Origin: Bilabrum cf. latius
Lineage: Eukaryota
Assembly: GCA_965178125.1 (NCBI GenBank)
Contig: OZ237739.1
Span: 124,001-188,000, forward strand
Reading direction: 5' to 3'
Length of the DNA stretch: 64,000 nt
How positions within the stretch are numbered: position 1 is the stretch's first letter; every line of letters starts with the position of its first letter. Positions 1-11,456 of this stretch are shown in pieces. The position numbers and the translations under genes were made by a program. The notes under the pieces are model-generated. The model did no database searches. It was not told the DNA's origin and saw only the letters and a list, made by a program, of their open reading frames with translations.

Positions 1-3000
1 GTTTCTTTAAGAGCAGGCAGGCCATCAGCCGCAGCACGTCCACCTGTGTTCCCCTGCCACTATCACCACCGCCGCCACCACTCGGTGCACCAGCCTGTCC
101 TTGGCTCTCGGCACCCGCCCGCGCGCTGCTGAATCGAAGCTTGGCTGCTGATGAAGCCTGAGCGGCCTTGCCTGGCTTCAAGCGTCCCTGTTCTTGGCCA
201 GTCCTGCCACTGCGGAGCAGCTGCCTGCCCATGCCCCAGTCGATCGGGGCCTCTGGACGGCTGGCCGCATCGCCGCTGTCCATCTGCAGCAGGGCACCCT
301 CTCCGCTCGTGAGCTCGTGCCAGCACCGCGCAAGCTTGTTACTGCTGCTCAGAATGGCGCCTTCCTTCCGTAGGTGAGCCGGGGACAGCTTCTTCAAGGT
401 GGCTCGCACCTCCGCCGTATACGCCGCCGCCCTGGTCTCCTTGGTCTTCGCGTTGGCACTGGAAATGAGCTATACCGGGGACAATGCCAGTGGCGGTGTA
501 GTGGTTGCAGTCCTGCCGCTCGGCTAGGAGCAGAACGGACCCGAGTACCCGCTTTCGCACAGGCACACCCACTCCATGTGCAGCATGGACTCGGTGTGAT
601 CGCTGTCAGGTGCCTGCTGCCTGACTGCGTGATCACGAACCGGGCTGTCGAGATCTAGCGACAGAGAGCACGCGCCATGCCCGCTGCAGACTGGTGCTTC
701 GTGGTTGCTGCCCGGTTCTCTGCAGGACTCTGCCCTGGTGCGTCCCCCCAGGCCCAGCACGGCACCGGCATGGCCTCTGAACTGCTCGCGGATCTTTGCT
801 GTGCTGGCCTCGGGGCGCACGACGTAGTTCTTGGTGACGATCAGGCTGAGCTCTTCGTACGACTACTTTGACCAGCCGTGCTTGCCCAAGCCACACCCGT
901 CGAACGGGGCCGCCTGCATGAGCTTCTTGCCCGTTCGCGTCATTGGCGGCAGGCACACCTGCCCCGTGGCATTCCCTCGGTGCGTGGAGGACGGCGCCGG
1001 CAGAACGACTCGCAGGGAGTAGGACAGCTTGCCTGCCTTAGACAGCTCGAGGAGCTCATCCCGCGTGGCCCCGATGCTTGCAGCGGGCACCATGTGGGCA
1101 GGGCTGGACCCGTCCTGCGGCAGCTCGCCGTGCCTGTTCACCTCCATGCCTGGGTGTGCGAGCAAGATGGACTCCAGTGGCGCCCCACCCCCACTTTGCG
1201 AGTACAAGAAGGCTCGTGCCTCGTATTTGGAGTTGTTGGTGCCGATCGTCTTGCCGCATCCCTCTATCAGACCTTCGAACGGCTGACTGGGCAGGGCAGG
1301 AGCATGCCAGCCGCCGCCAGCCGCAGGCACCACACCAGACGGCACCGCCATCAGCCCGGGCTCTGCAACCTCTCCCAGTTCCTGCTCCCTGGCCCATTCC
1401 TCCACTCTCTCCAAGTCCCAGTTGTATCTCTCGATGATGTCCTTGGGCTGCTCCCCGATCCCGTAGTACTCCGTCTGCGACCACTGGGAAGCGCCGGCTG
1501 CTGCCTGATCGGCCCCGCACGCCACCCGAGCGACCCGGAAATCGAAACTAGGGATGATCTGTCGCTTCAAGAAGGACTGCTTATGATAGGCCTTGCTTCG
1601 TGCCGTCAATATACCACCGTACAATCCTGTCACGGATGCTTCCGCATCCGTGCTAGCGCTGTAAGCAATCTGCAGCACGCCGAGCACGGCAGGCGAACCA
1701 CCCAACCCGTTTCCTGGCTGCGGCTGGTCTGAGTCAAGCAGTGCGCCGCCCACATGATCTGCAGGTGCGGCGAGGAGCAAGGATCGCTATTGCACGCCCT
1801 CGGTCCTAGCAGTCGCAGGAGGCCGGGTGGCTTCGCATGACAGCCCGGCTCCGTGCGGAGCCTGCGTGCAGGTCACCATGTTCCGCAGCGTGACGCCAAC
1901 GACCACCTGCTGTGGCGCAGTGACTCCATTTCCCTCCGGCCGCACAAAGACAGGCAGCTGCGAGGGTCCCTCGGGCTGTTTCCCGAGGCACTCTGCACTT
2001 GCGAGTCCCTTGTCGAGAGCGAGGGCCATCTCGGTGAGGCCGTCGGCCGCAGCGGCGGTTAGCACGTCTCGCGAGCGGGGAGGTAGCTCCCCAATGATGG
2101 TCTGAGTGGCGGCTGCAGTGACCATGAGTGACTCTCTCTGGTCGCGCAGGATGTTGCACGCAACGTAGAGGGCGTCGTTGTACTGCTTCGTGTGCTGCAG
2201 AGGGGCTGCCGCGTGCATGGCGTGCTGCGCCAACCGCTCTCTGTGCAGCTTGTAGGATGCCACCACCAGCTTGCCCAGGGATCGTAAGAGTCCAAGGACC
2301 GGAAATATCTTGCTGCCCAGCACGTCGTACTTGGTGGCCAGGGCTAGCTCTGCCGCCTTGAGCCCCGGTCCCTTTGCCAGCCACAGGGCGCCTGCACCTG
2401 CTGAGCGGAGCAGCTTCTTCCATGAGAACCCCTTGCTGCGAGCGCCGGCATCGATCTCGTCCTGGCTCGGCACGAAGTTCCCTAGTGCCATCACCACATC
2501 GCCGCACTCGTCACCTTGATACGGATCAATGCCCCCAGGCACCTGCACTGCACCCCGCTGCGCCGTGTCTCCGTCGGCGAAGCGAAGCACCCTTGCAAAG
2601 TCTCCCAGCACCACCCTGGACAAGGGATAGCCGTCTCGCATGGCCCGACTGCACCGCTGCAGACTGTTTAGGAGCGCGACAGCGGGATATTCCACAGCAT
2701 CGCTCGCCCCCACGATCCCTTGTATCTGCTCGATGAGTTCAGGGGTCTCGCTCACGGACTCCACCGCGATCTTGCCCGTGGAGCGCCAGAACTCGCCCTT
2801 GTCCCCCTCCGCGCTGATCCCCGACATGGCCTCCCCCGCTGGCGCCCCCAGGGCTCCGTGACTCAGCAGCACCAGCACCGCGTCAAGACCGCCCTCTCCG
2901 GTCTGCTGCAGCTTCTTGAGCGTCTCGCGGCCCTCTCTATCAGAGAGCGCGTACGACGTGGATTGCAGGAGGGAGAGCACAGTCAGAGTGGAATACTTGG

Positions 3001-4642
3001 CTGCCTCGCTGCCCCCTGCTGCCTCTGCCAGCTAAAAGGCAATGCTGTCGCCTTCGTTCGCCAGCAGGAATGCTTTGGAGATCGTGATTGACGCGATTCT
3101 AGTCAGATCGAGGGCCATCTGCGCCTTGGTCCATCGCTTCATGACCCGCTTGATCTTGCCACTCTTCTTGTGCGCCGCGATCGCATCTGCCGCGGCCTGG
3201 GCATTGAATGCGAGACGGGCCAAGTTCTCTGTCGGGTCAAAGTAGTCGGACGGGCGCCGGCGTCGCTCAAATGTGTCAGCCCGAGCGGCCACCGCGATCT
3301 GAATCAGGGCCAGCACGTCGTTGACAGCCTCGGGGATCGCAACGGAGAGCGGGTCGAATGCCTTGCCCTTCTTCTACGCTTTCTTCGCGCCCTCCTTCAC
3401 GCTGGCGCGCATAACCTGGTGGGCCTCCCCGAATATGTCGTGCGCCGGCACCTGAACGCCTGCCTGGAACAGCAGCGCGTCGATGGACATGGGCGCCTCG
3501 ACGATGTCGCGCCCCAGAGCCGCTGCCTGCCCCGGACTCAGGAGGCCGAGCTCTGCCAGGGACACTGCGCCCAGGAGGCCGGTGCTGTCCTGGTCCTCTG
3601 GGAGAATCTTGGACCGCTCCCCGAACATGAGGCACTGCTGCATCGCCTGCACGGTCCCTCGGTGCTCGGGCCGCGCGTGCTTCACGTTCTTGGACCTGTC
3701 CCGACTGAGGCTGTGGCCCGGCTGGAGGAGCCCCTGGAAGGCCCGCTGCTTGGTCGTGTCCGTCCAGAACACCCCGCGGGTCGTCAGCTTGGCGCACCAC
3801 GAATCTACCCAGTTGGACGAGGCGCTCCGTCGCACGAAGGGCAAAAAGGCCGCCATGCCCCCGGACCGAAGCACGTTGCGCAGCGGCGCCACGTTGCCGG
3901 CGCGCATGGCGTGCTCCGCCAGCGGGATCGTGGCATTTGTCCTGCTCTCGTAGTCAAATCGCACGTGGGTTTTCTTTGCATCATCCGAGATCGCTGCCTG
4001 CAAGTCTTCGTCCGGGAGCAGCTTGGAGGCGCAGGTGCTCGAGGCCCGCAGTCGCTTCGTTGGAGCAGCGCCAGGTTCGTACTAGCACGCTGGAATCGCC
4101 GCAGACGCCAGAATAGCGGCTACTTGTCCGTGGAATAGCTCCTCTTTCGCGGCCTGGCGAATACCATTCACGATCGTCTGCCGCACAGCGTTTCGCCACG
4201 TTCCTGAAGATGCAACTGCAGTGCCTTGCCGAGCTTCAATCAAATCAGAAGCCATCAAGTCCGGTATGGGGGCCAAGAATGCCTGGGGACACATACTTAG
4301 CACTAAATCAGACGGTTTGGTGATGCCGTCGCCGAACTATCCGCTTTCTGAAGACTAGTTTGCAGCAGCGACCACGGCATGCTGAAGCGGCTAGCAGACC
4401 TTCTGGCTCTAGACGCGCTGCGCGTCACTCAAGCGCGCATAAAGAGACAACGGCACCTTTGATATCTACTGATGCTCCCCTGCACGCTGGTTCTATTTGT
4501 GGGTCTGAAGAAGTTTGGTCATTTGCTCGATCATCAATGTCACTGCATCGGTTCCGATAGACGCAGCGGTAGCAGCCGTATTTATGGCAAACGCATGAGA
4601 TGACTGCATACTTGATTGCGTCTGAAGCAGCATTCCTTCCAT
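1..4642 (-). CDS. Large hypothetical protein (>1,500 aa, 3'-truncated by the window edge), read with TAG=Gln
   Basis: ORF-track pieces ending at 4493, 4082, 3374, 3032, 1787, 863 and 524 are in one frame and separated only by TAG. There is no TAA/TGA in this frame from 4852 down to position 1. First in-frame ATG is at 4642; an upstream exon is possible. No domain recognised. Confidence 0.75.
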
Positions 4643-5530
4643 GGGCGTGCTCTTGTCGGCTTCTGACTGGCGTTGCTTGCTCTCAGAAGCAGTTGCACTT
4701 GCTGCCGACAGGCTGCGCACGTGCGTTTCATGGCTTATCCTCGGGAGTATGTCGCTGAAACTACCGGAGCTGGCTAACACTATAGCAAGAACTACAAGGC
4801 CCTGCGACGATAGTGATTTCTACGGCGAAACATTGTCTCGGCTGAGGGGCCGTCATCGGCTGTTACCACAAATAGAAAGGCCGCACGAATCCGGCGATTT
4901 CACCGATGCCTCCGAGTCATTCTGATTCACACTCGCACAAAGAGAAACAACAAGGGCAATGTATCGCATCAATCGCCTCGAATGTCTGCTACGCCTCTCA
5001 CGATGACTCCTGCTAGCACCCGCACCTTGCTGCTCGTGGCCGCCGCACGAAGCCAGCGGCTCGCAGCAGTCATGCTGGCCTCCTGCTGGCGGACCCAAGG
5101 TCGTGCAGTACCCCCCTAGGATATATGCAGACTTTGGAATCGATGCTTGGACTGCGGGCAGGCTGCTTGTGTTCCGATTCAATGCGCGCAGCTGGGTCGC
5201 ACGCGAAATGAGACTCTTGGGGTGCAGTCGCACGCTACAATAACTCGAGTGGCTAGGCCCCAGCTGCATCAAATCAATACATGAAGTCCAGTGGACTGCA
5301 TGCTGCACCGCTGCGTTGCTAGGAGACGCGATGACGCGGGTGTGTGATACCTGGAAGCTGGCTCGCCTGACCCTGCGTAGTCTAGCGTGCCAGTGGGCCA
5401 GCGGAGGGAACGGGTAGGTGTGGGTGGGCCGGCGGTGGGAACAGGAAGGTGTGAGTGGGGTTGAGTGGGGCATCGAGGCAAGTCAGGCTGAAGAGCTTTG
5501 GAGGCTGGGGTCACCCCACACCACCGGCAT

Positions 5531-5700
5531 AGGAACGCTGACTCAAGGACACCGGCAAGGGCCAGTTGCAGAGGAACGCTGACTCAAGGACACACCGGCA
5601 AGGGCCAGTTGCAGAGGAACGGGCGATTGCGACTGCGAGGCGGCCACTGGCCAGGCAGAGGAACGGGCGACTGCGAGGCGGCCAGGCAGAGCAGGCAGAG
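5531..5700. repeat. Short degenerate tandem repeat (41-44 bp units around GCAGAGGAACG)
   Basis: AGGAACG recurs at 5531, 5572, 5615 and 5659. The first two units are near-identical (gctgactcaagga[ca]caccggcaagggccagttgcagaggaac). Confidence 0.6.
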
Positions 5701-6012
5701 GAGCCACCCGACCCAGAGCGAATGAGCAGTGGCAAGGATGCGTGATGGCTGGCGTGATCCTGATACAACTACAGGCTACTCGACTCTTTGAAACGTGCTC
5801 TTCGCAGCGCAACCTAGGGTGGATGCAAGGCAATGGCAATGCGTGGGGAGGGCGTGCCCTGCCCCACCGCGATCCGATCTCTCTCCATCCACTGGCAGCT
5901 GCCTGTTCAATCCAATCCAAGCCAAAGAGCAATCGGAGCGTCACCCAAGGAACCGATTTCAAAAACCTCCTGTGTTCCCTGGCCGTCTGCTCCAGCCCAC
6001 TTCAGTTCCTCC

Positions 6013-7329
6013 TCAGAATGCGCCTAGCTCGGACAGCTTCTTGTGCGCGGCGGCGTAGTCCTTGAAGAAAGCCTCCTGGTCCTCGGCGTACTTCTCCACG
6101 AAGGGCTTCATCTTCTCGTCCTCCACCATGGCCGCGTCCGTGGGCAGCACCAGCAGCCCGTCGGCGGGTGCCAGCAGGTTCTTGAAGTACGTGTTGTCGA
6201 ACTTGTTGGGCTCGGCCGTCCACGCGCCCTCGAAGCCGGAGCGGTCCTTGTGGCACCGTCCCAGGGTGTGGGCCCCGCTGAGGGCCACGATCTCCTGGTC
6301 GTTGAAGCCCATGCGGTAGAAGACGTCCCGGAGGTGGCCCGACTTCTTGGTCGCGTCGGGCAGGCGGCCCTCGGGGGCACAGTCGGCCTTGGTGGCGTCC
6401 TTGCGACCCGACTTGAACTCGATCGTGGGGCCGCCGGCATGCTCGATGGCCACGTAGCTCGCGAACTGCGGCACAAAAGAATCGAGGCTCAGGGCTCTGG
6501 CTATCAATGAATGACGAGGCATGGGATGGCGAAGGTGCTTCTTCTCGACTCCGGTGCTGACGTCATGCACGCAGAGGGGACCTTGCAAGGGCACTTTCGG
6601 ACTCACCTGGTATAGGTCGGCGTAAGAAATTCCCTCATACTTGGTCTTGAATGGCTCAAGTTTCTCCTCCGCCCACTTCAGGCCGGCGTTCGCGGCGTGG
6701 CCCATCTCGTCGAAGCGGATCGACGCGTTGGCGCCGCCAGTCTTGGTCTCCTTGTCAAAGGTACCGGCATCGTGCCTGCACAACAAAGTGGGAAGCAGAG
6801 ACACAATAATAGTAGCTGGAGCCTGTGCTCTCTGACCCCGGAAAGACATCGCTTATCCAGCTGACATGGCTGCATTGCTCGGAGAAGGCGCTGGCACCTT
6901 TGCACGCCTTCTGCGGCCAGCGCAGCACCCAGTAGTATCATAGCGGTGCATGTTTAAATCCAGGCACACAAAGTTGAGTCAGCTCCCGCGCGATATGAGA
7001 GCGCATCGTGTCCACGTGGTCACACCTAGCAAGCACGAACACCGGCGGATATCGCGCAGCGTGCCGCCCGCACCGATACAAGCAGAGCACGGTAGTGAAA
7101 TTCAGGACATGCATGAACGATATGTTCAGGAAAGCCAGCCGTTTGCCATCCCAAACGCAACATGTATCCGTGAGAGCAGGGCACCTGGCGTTGCACAGAC
7201 GGCGAAATCAAGCGAAACTCACCACCCAAGGCGCACCATGATCGGCTGGCAAGGCACCTCGTCGTACATCTTCTTGAGATCGGCGCGAAGGGCATCGAAA
7301 TCAACGGCGGGGGCGGCGGCAGCGGCCAT
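6013..7329 (-). CDS. APX: Class I heme peroxidase, cytosolic ascorbate peroxidase-like (3 exons: 7329-7223, 6775-6607, 6465-6013; 242 aa)
   Basis: Distal motif RLGW|HDAGT is split by intron 1; also [14 protein letters not shown], and proximal [40 protein letters not shown]...CAG introns; TGA stop; no in-frame TAG. Confidence 0.93.
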
Positions 7330-7532
7330 GGTTCTTGACAGTCGGCTGGGACACTTGAATGCACGGCGGCAGGCAGCTGCGGATCGGCGGAGCATTTGTA
7401 ATGTGCAATAGTTCCAGGGGAATTGGGGGTGCCCCCGCTGTTCCCAAGGGAATTCCCCTGGTGGGAATCGTGTGACGAGGACGCCTACCACCACCACAGC
7501 AACTGCGAAAACCTCGCCGTTACTCTCGAACC

Positions 7533-8267
7533 ATGCCAGTTGTCAAGCAGAAGAAGCGAGGCAACCGAGGGAAAAACAAACCCTCATCGAATGCAAAGGC
7601 GTCAGCCGGTGAATCTGGGTATGCGCAGCCAACATCCAGGAAAAGTGAATCCAACGAGGGAAGCGACAGCTGGAAGTCTCCGTTGAGCGAAGAAGCCAGG
7701 GAACGCAGAAAGCCTAAGTCGATACTCGCCGTGCTATCAATGGCATTTGATTTTTCCGTGGAAGAAGAATGGACCAGGGTTACTTTCCCGGAGCTGCCCA
7801 CCTTCATATTTTGGATGCGCCAGCTCGTTGCGATTGCCGCAGCCATCGCGTGCGGTATCGCACCGGTGACTGGGCTCCCTGCGATTGCTCTATGGGCAGC
7901 ATTGGATCTTGGTGGCGTTTGGCTGTACCTCCACAAGCTGACGATGGTGCAGCTGGCCCAGGGGGACGACGACGAGGCCGGAGAGGGCAGCGAGGGATCG
8001 AGCGATTTCGAGAGCTTTAAGCTGCAGTCGCTCATGATGGAAGGGGTCGGTCCGTCGATTGCGAATTTCTTGTTCTTCTGGACGTTTTTCTACAACCTGC
8101 TGCACGCCCCAGTGGGTGGTTCGGCAGTCGGGGGGGGAGGATCGGGGGCAGTCACCGGGGGCGATGTACTCGAGGAGGCGGCGGGTGTAGACGAAGAGGA
8201 AGCGGGGGAGTACGGTGAGGAAGATTATGGAGAGGAAGATGTGGGTGGCGGCGGGGATGAACTGTGA
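7533..8267 (+). CDS. Rab5-interacting protein family membrane protein (RAB5IF/OPTI-like) with acidic tail
   Basis: FWMRQLVAIAAAIACGIAPVTG ... EGVGPSIANFLFFWTFFYN matches the Rab5ip pattern (WxRQ...G..P.TG...EG...F...W...Y). TGA stop. Confidence 0.75.
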   Translation: MPVVKQKKRGNRGKNKPSSNAKASAGESGYAQPTSRKSESNEGSDSWKSPLSEEARERRKPKSILAVLSMAFDFSVEEEWTRVTFPELPTFIFWMRQLVAIAAAIACGIAPVTGLPAIALWAALDLGGVWLYLHKLTMVQLAQGDDDEAGEGSEGSSDFESFKLQSLMMEGVGPSIANFLFFWTFFYNLLHAPVGGSAVGGGGSGAVTGGDVLEEAAGVDEEEAGEYGEEDYGEEDVGGGGDEL

Positions 8268-8662
8268 TGGTTGATGCATCAATGGCGTACTTGAATCTAC
8301 ACGCTTGCTTGGGGTGCAAATGGCTCCCGCGGCTCCAGTCATTGCGCGAGGAAGTACGCATTGAGCGGCCTAATGCCCGCATGGGTATTGCAGATCATTG
8401 CAGCTCGCTCCTGTGTTCAGATCATGCGTAATGGTTAGGACAAGGCAGCAAAACGCAACTGGAAGTGCACTCGTCATGCCAGTTGGGTCACCGGCTCGAT
8501 GATGCCGAGCGACTTCCGAAAGTAGAACTTGACAAGCACGCGCGAGCAGTCCCGAGCATTATCGCTTCTCTGCATCACTGCGCGTAAAGGCTTCACCTTA
8601 TTTGAGTTCCCGCCTCCCCTGGCACCACAAAGCTCTACCAATTAGTCTGCATTCAGGCGTCG

Positions 8663-9838
8663 ATGTCAAATGCTAAACCAGCGCATAGTGGGCTAAATCA
8701 CTTGAATTGGCAAAGAACTGGCCTCTTTGCCGCTGGATTCTTGCTCGTTACCATCCTGTCATGCCCATTCTTGGGGCTCATGCAAGATGTGTCGGTCGCA
8801 TACACCAACGCGCTTGCACGGCTGCGAGGCACTGGAGCGGAGGGACGCTGGCAGGGCAATCAAACCGTACTGGACAGCGGCGTCACCATCGTGCTGCTGA
8901 ATTATAAAAGACCAGACAACATCAGGAGCATCGTTAAGGCATACCTTGGCATGCCAGAGACCCTGGTTCGCAGCGTGCTGATTTTCAACAACAACCCCAT
9001 GGACGACCTGTCTGCCCTGACGGACCCTGGGCGAGGAGGCAGCTCGAGAGTGACTGTGTTGGGCGCGTCTGAGAACGTGGGTATCGGCAATAATCGTTTC
9101 TTCGCGGCATCGCTGTCCAAGACGCGCGCGGTCGTGTCGCAGGATGACGACCTGCAGCTGTCGCAGCGTGGCCTGGAGCAGCTGCTCATGCGTTGGCAGC
9201 AGGAGCCGGACAGGGTGCACGGGACATTCTGCAGAGGACCTAGACCGGACCCAGACGCCCGAGCACCCGCTCTGCCCGAGGGAGCGACCGAGGAAGTGAG
9301 GAGGAGGAGCAGGCCTTTCAGGTATGCGTGGGGCGAGCAGTCTCTGGCTGAGGAACAAGTGGCCCGGCAGAGGGGGCGGGTGGAGGCGTTGCAACGACTG
9401 GCCGGGGACAGCAGCGGGGCCATGGTCGACGGAACGTACTGGACGGCGCCGCGCGATCCGCTGCGGGCCCCCGGCATGTCGGACGCATAGGACCGTGCGT
9501 CTGCGTGCCCTGTGCTGATCACCCGGATTGTTGCTTTCGACCGCACGCGGGCGTACCAGTACTTCCGTTGGGTGCTCGAGATGCAGGACACAGTTCCAAA
9601 GCAGAAGCCGTTTGGGCACGGGGAGGACCTGCTGCTGTCGCTGCTGTCGGTGCGGGAGTCCGGGGGCAAGCTGAACCGGGTGTGGAGGGATCTGGTGGCG
9701 CAGGATGTCGCGGAGTTGCCAAGTCTGGGAGTGGGCGTGTCGGCCGTGAACAACGACCATGTTGAGTTCAGGAGCATGTACATGCGGCTGGCGTGCAACC
9801 GACTGGGGCTGCCTTGCTGGGACTGGATCGAGGGGTGA
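8663..9838 (+). CDS. Glycosyltransferase family 64 (EXTL2-like) type II membrane protein, copy 1 (391 aa, one TAG=Gln at 9488)
   Basis: N-terminal TM helix; TIVLLNYKR, IFNNNP, NNRF, AVVSQDDDL (DxD), W.QEPDRVHG and GHGEDLLLS motifs. The C-terminal half (9512-9838) is in frame across the TAG. Confidence 0.8.
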
Positions 9839-10116
9839 GGGGCGAGCGTGGCTCTCTGGCAGCCAGATGCCAATGGTTACGGAACCGCCATCCTGTAATT
9901 TTGCTTGCCTGTCTCCGATACCAGATGGGACGTTGATCGGTACCGGAGTTCAACAAGTTGCGTGCAATTTGATTTTCTGCGACATGTTCGTTGGGGAAAC
10001 CACGCAAACGCGCAGCTTTGGCGGCAATACGAACACACACCGCGGGTAATTCTGGATTCTGCGTATATTTTGGGTTGTTGGCTAGAGTACAAAGGCACAC
10101 ATTGGTCGCGAAAGTG

Positions 10117-11292
10117 ATGCCATCGAATAGCAAACCAGAGCACAATTGGTGGGTTCAGTCTAATTGGCGAAGAACTGGCCTTTTTGCCGCTGGATTCTTG
10201 CTCGTTGTCATCCTGTCATGCCCATTCTTAGGGCTCATGCAAGATGTGTCGGTCGCGTTCTCCAGTACACTTGCCAGGCTGCGAGGGGCCGAAGTGGAGG
10301 GACGCTGGCAGGGCAATCAAACCGTGCTGGACAGCGGCGTCACCATCGTGCTGCTGAATTATAAAAGACCAGACAACATCAGGAGCATCGTCAAAGCATA
10401 CCTTGGCATGCCAGAGACCCTGGTTCGCAGCGTGCTGATTTTCAACAACAACCCCACGGACGACCTGTCTGCCCTGACGGACCCTGGGCGAGGAGGCAGC
10501 TCGAGAGTGACTGTGTTGGGCGCGTCTGAGAACGTTGGTATCGGCAATAATCGTTTCTTCGCGGCATCGCTGTCCAAGACGCGCGCGGTCGTGTCGCAGG
10601 ATGACGACCTGCAGCTGTCGCAGCGTGGCCTGGAGCAGCTGCTCATGCGTTGGCAGCAGGAGCCGGACAGGGTGCACGGGACTTTCTGCAGGGGTCCCAG
10701 GCTCGATCCCCACAGGAAGCCACCCGCTCTGCCCGAGGGAGCGACCGAGGAAGACCGGAAGAAGAATGTACCGATCAGGTATGCGTGGGAGCATCAGATG
10801 TCGAACGAGCAAATGGCCCGGCAGAGGGGGCGGGTGGAGGCTTTGCAACGACTGGCCGGGGACAGCGGCGGGGCCATGGTCGACGGAACGTACTGGACGG
10901 CGCCGCGCGATCCGCTGCGGGCCCCCGGCATGTCGGACGCATAGGACCGTGCGTCTGCGTGCCCTGTGCTGATCACCCGGATTGTTGCTTTCGACCGTAC
11001 GCGGGCGTACCAGTACTTCCGTTGGGTGCTTGAGATGCAGGACACAGTTCCAAAGCAGAAGCCGTTTGGGCATGGGGAGGACCTGCTGCTGTCGCTGCTG
11101 TCGGTGCGGGAGTCCGGGGGCAAGCTGAACCGGGTGTGGGAGGCGCTGCTCGAGACCGAGGTGACGGAGCTGCCCGACCTCGGGGTGGGCGTGTCGGCCG
11201 TGAACAAGGACCACGAGCAGTTCAGGAGCATGTTCATGCAGTTGGCGTGCAACCGACTGGGGCTGCCTTGCTGGGATTGGTTGTATGGCTGA
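10117..11292 (+). CDS. Glycosyltransferase family 64 (EXTL2-like), tandem copy 2 (391 aa, TAG=Gln at 10942)
   Basis: Near-identical paralog of 8663-9838 with the same length, the same motifs and TAG at the homologous codon. Confidence 0.8.
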
Positions 11293-11301
11293 GCCAGGGC
11301 T

Positions 11302-11456
11302 TGATTCAATGGCACCCCTACTGACGAATACAGAGCATCCATGTACAGTGATGTTTGGGCCGATAGTGGTATACTGATCGGATCAATTCCGAGTACGAGC
11401 TGAGCGAGACCAGCGCTCTCACTTAGGGGAATTCAGAAGAAGATAAAGGAAATAAT
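11302..11456 (+). repeat. Split direct repeat A1
   Basis: tgattcaatggcacccctac...gataaaggaaataat, repeated at 17821-17975. Confidence 0.95.

Noticed and set aside
4853-5473. 206-aa minus-strand ORF upstream of gene 1
   Set aside because: No recognisable features and separated from gene 1 by TGA. A small upstream exon cannot be excluded.
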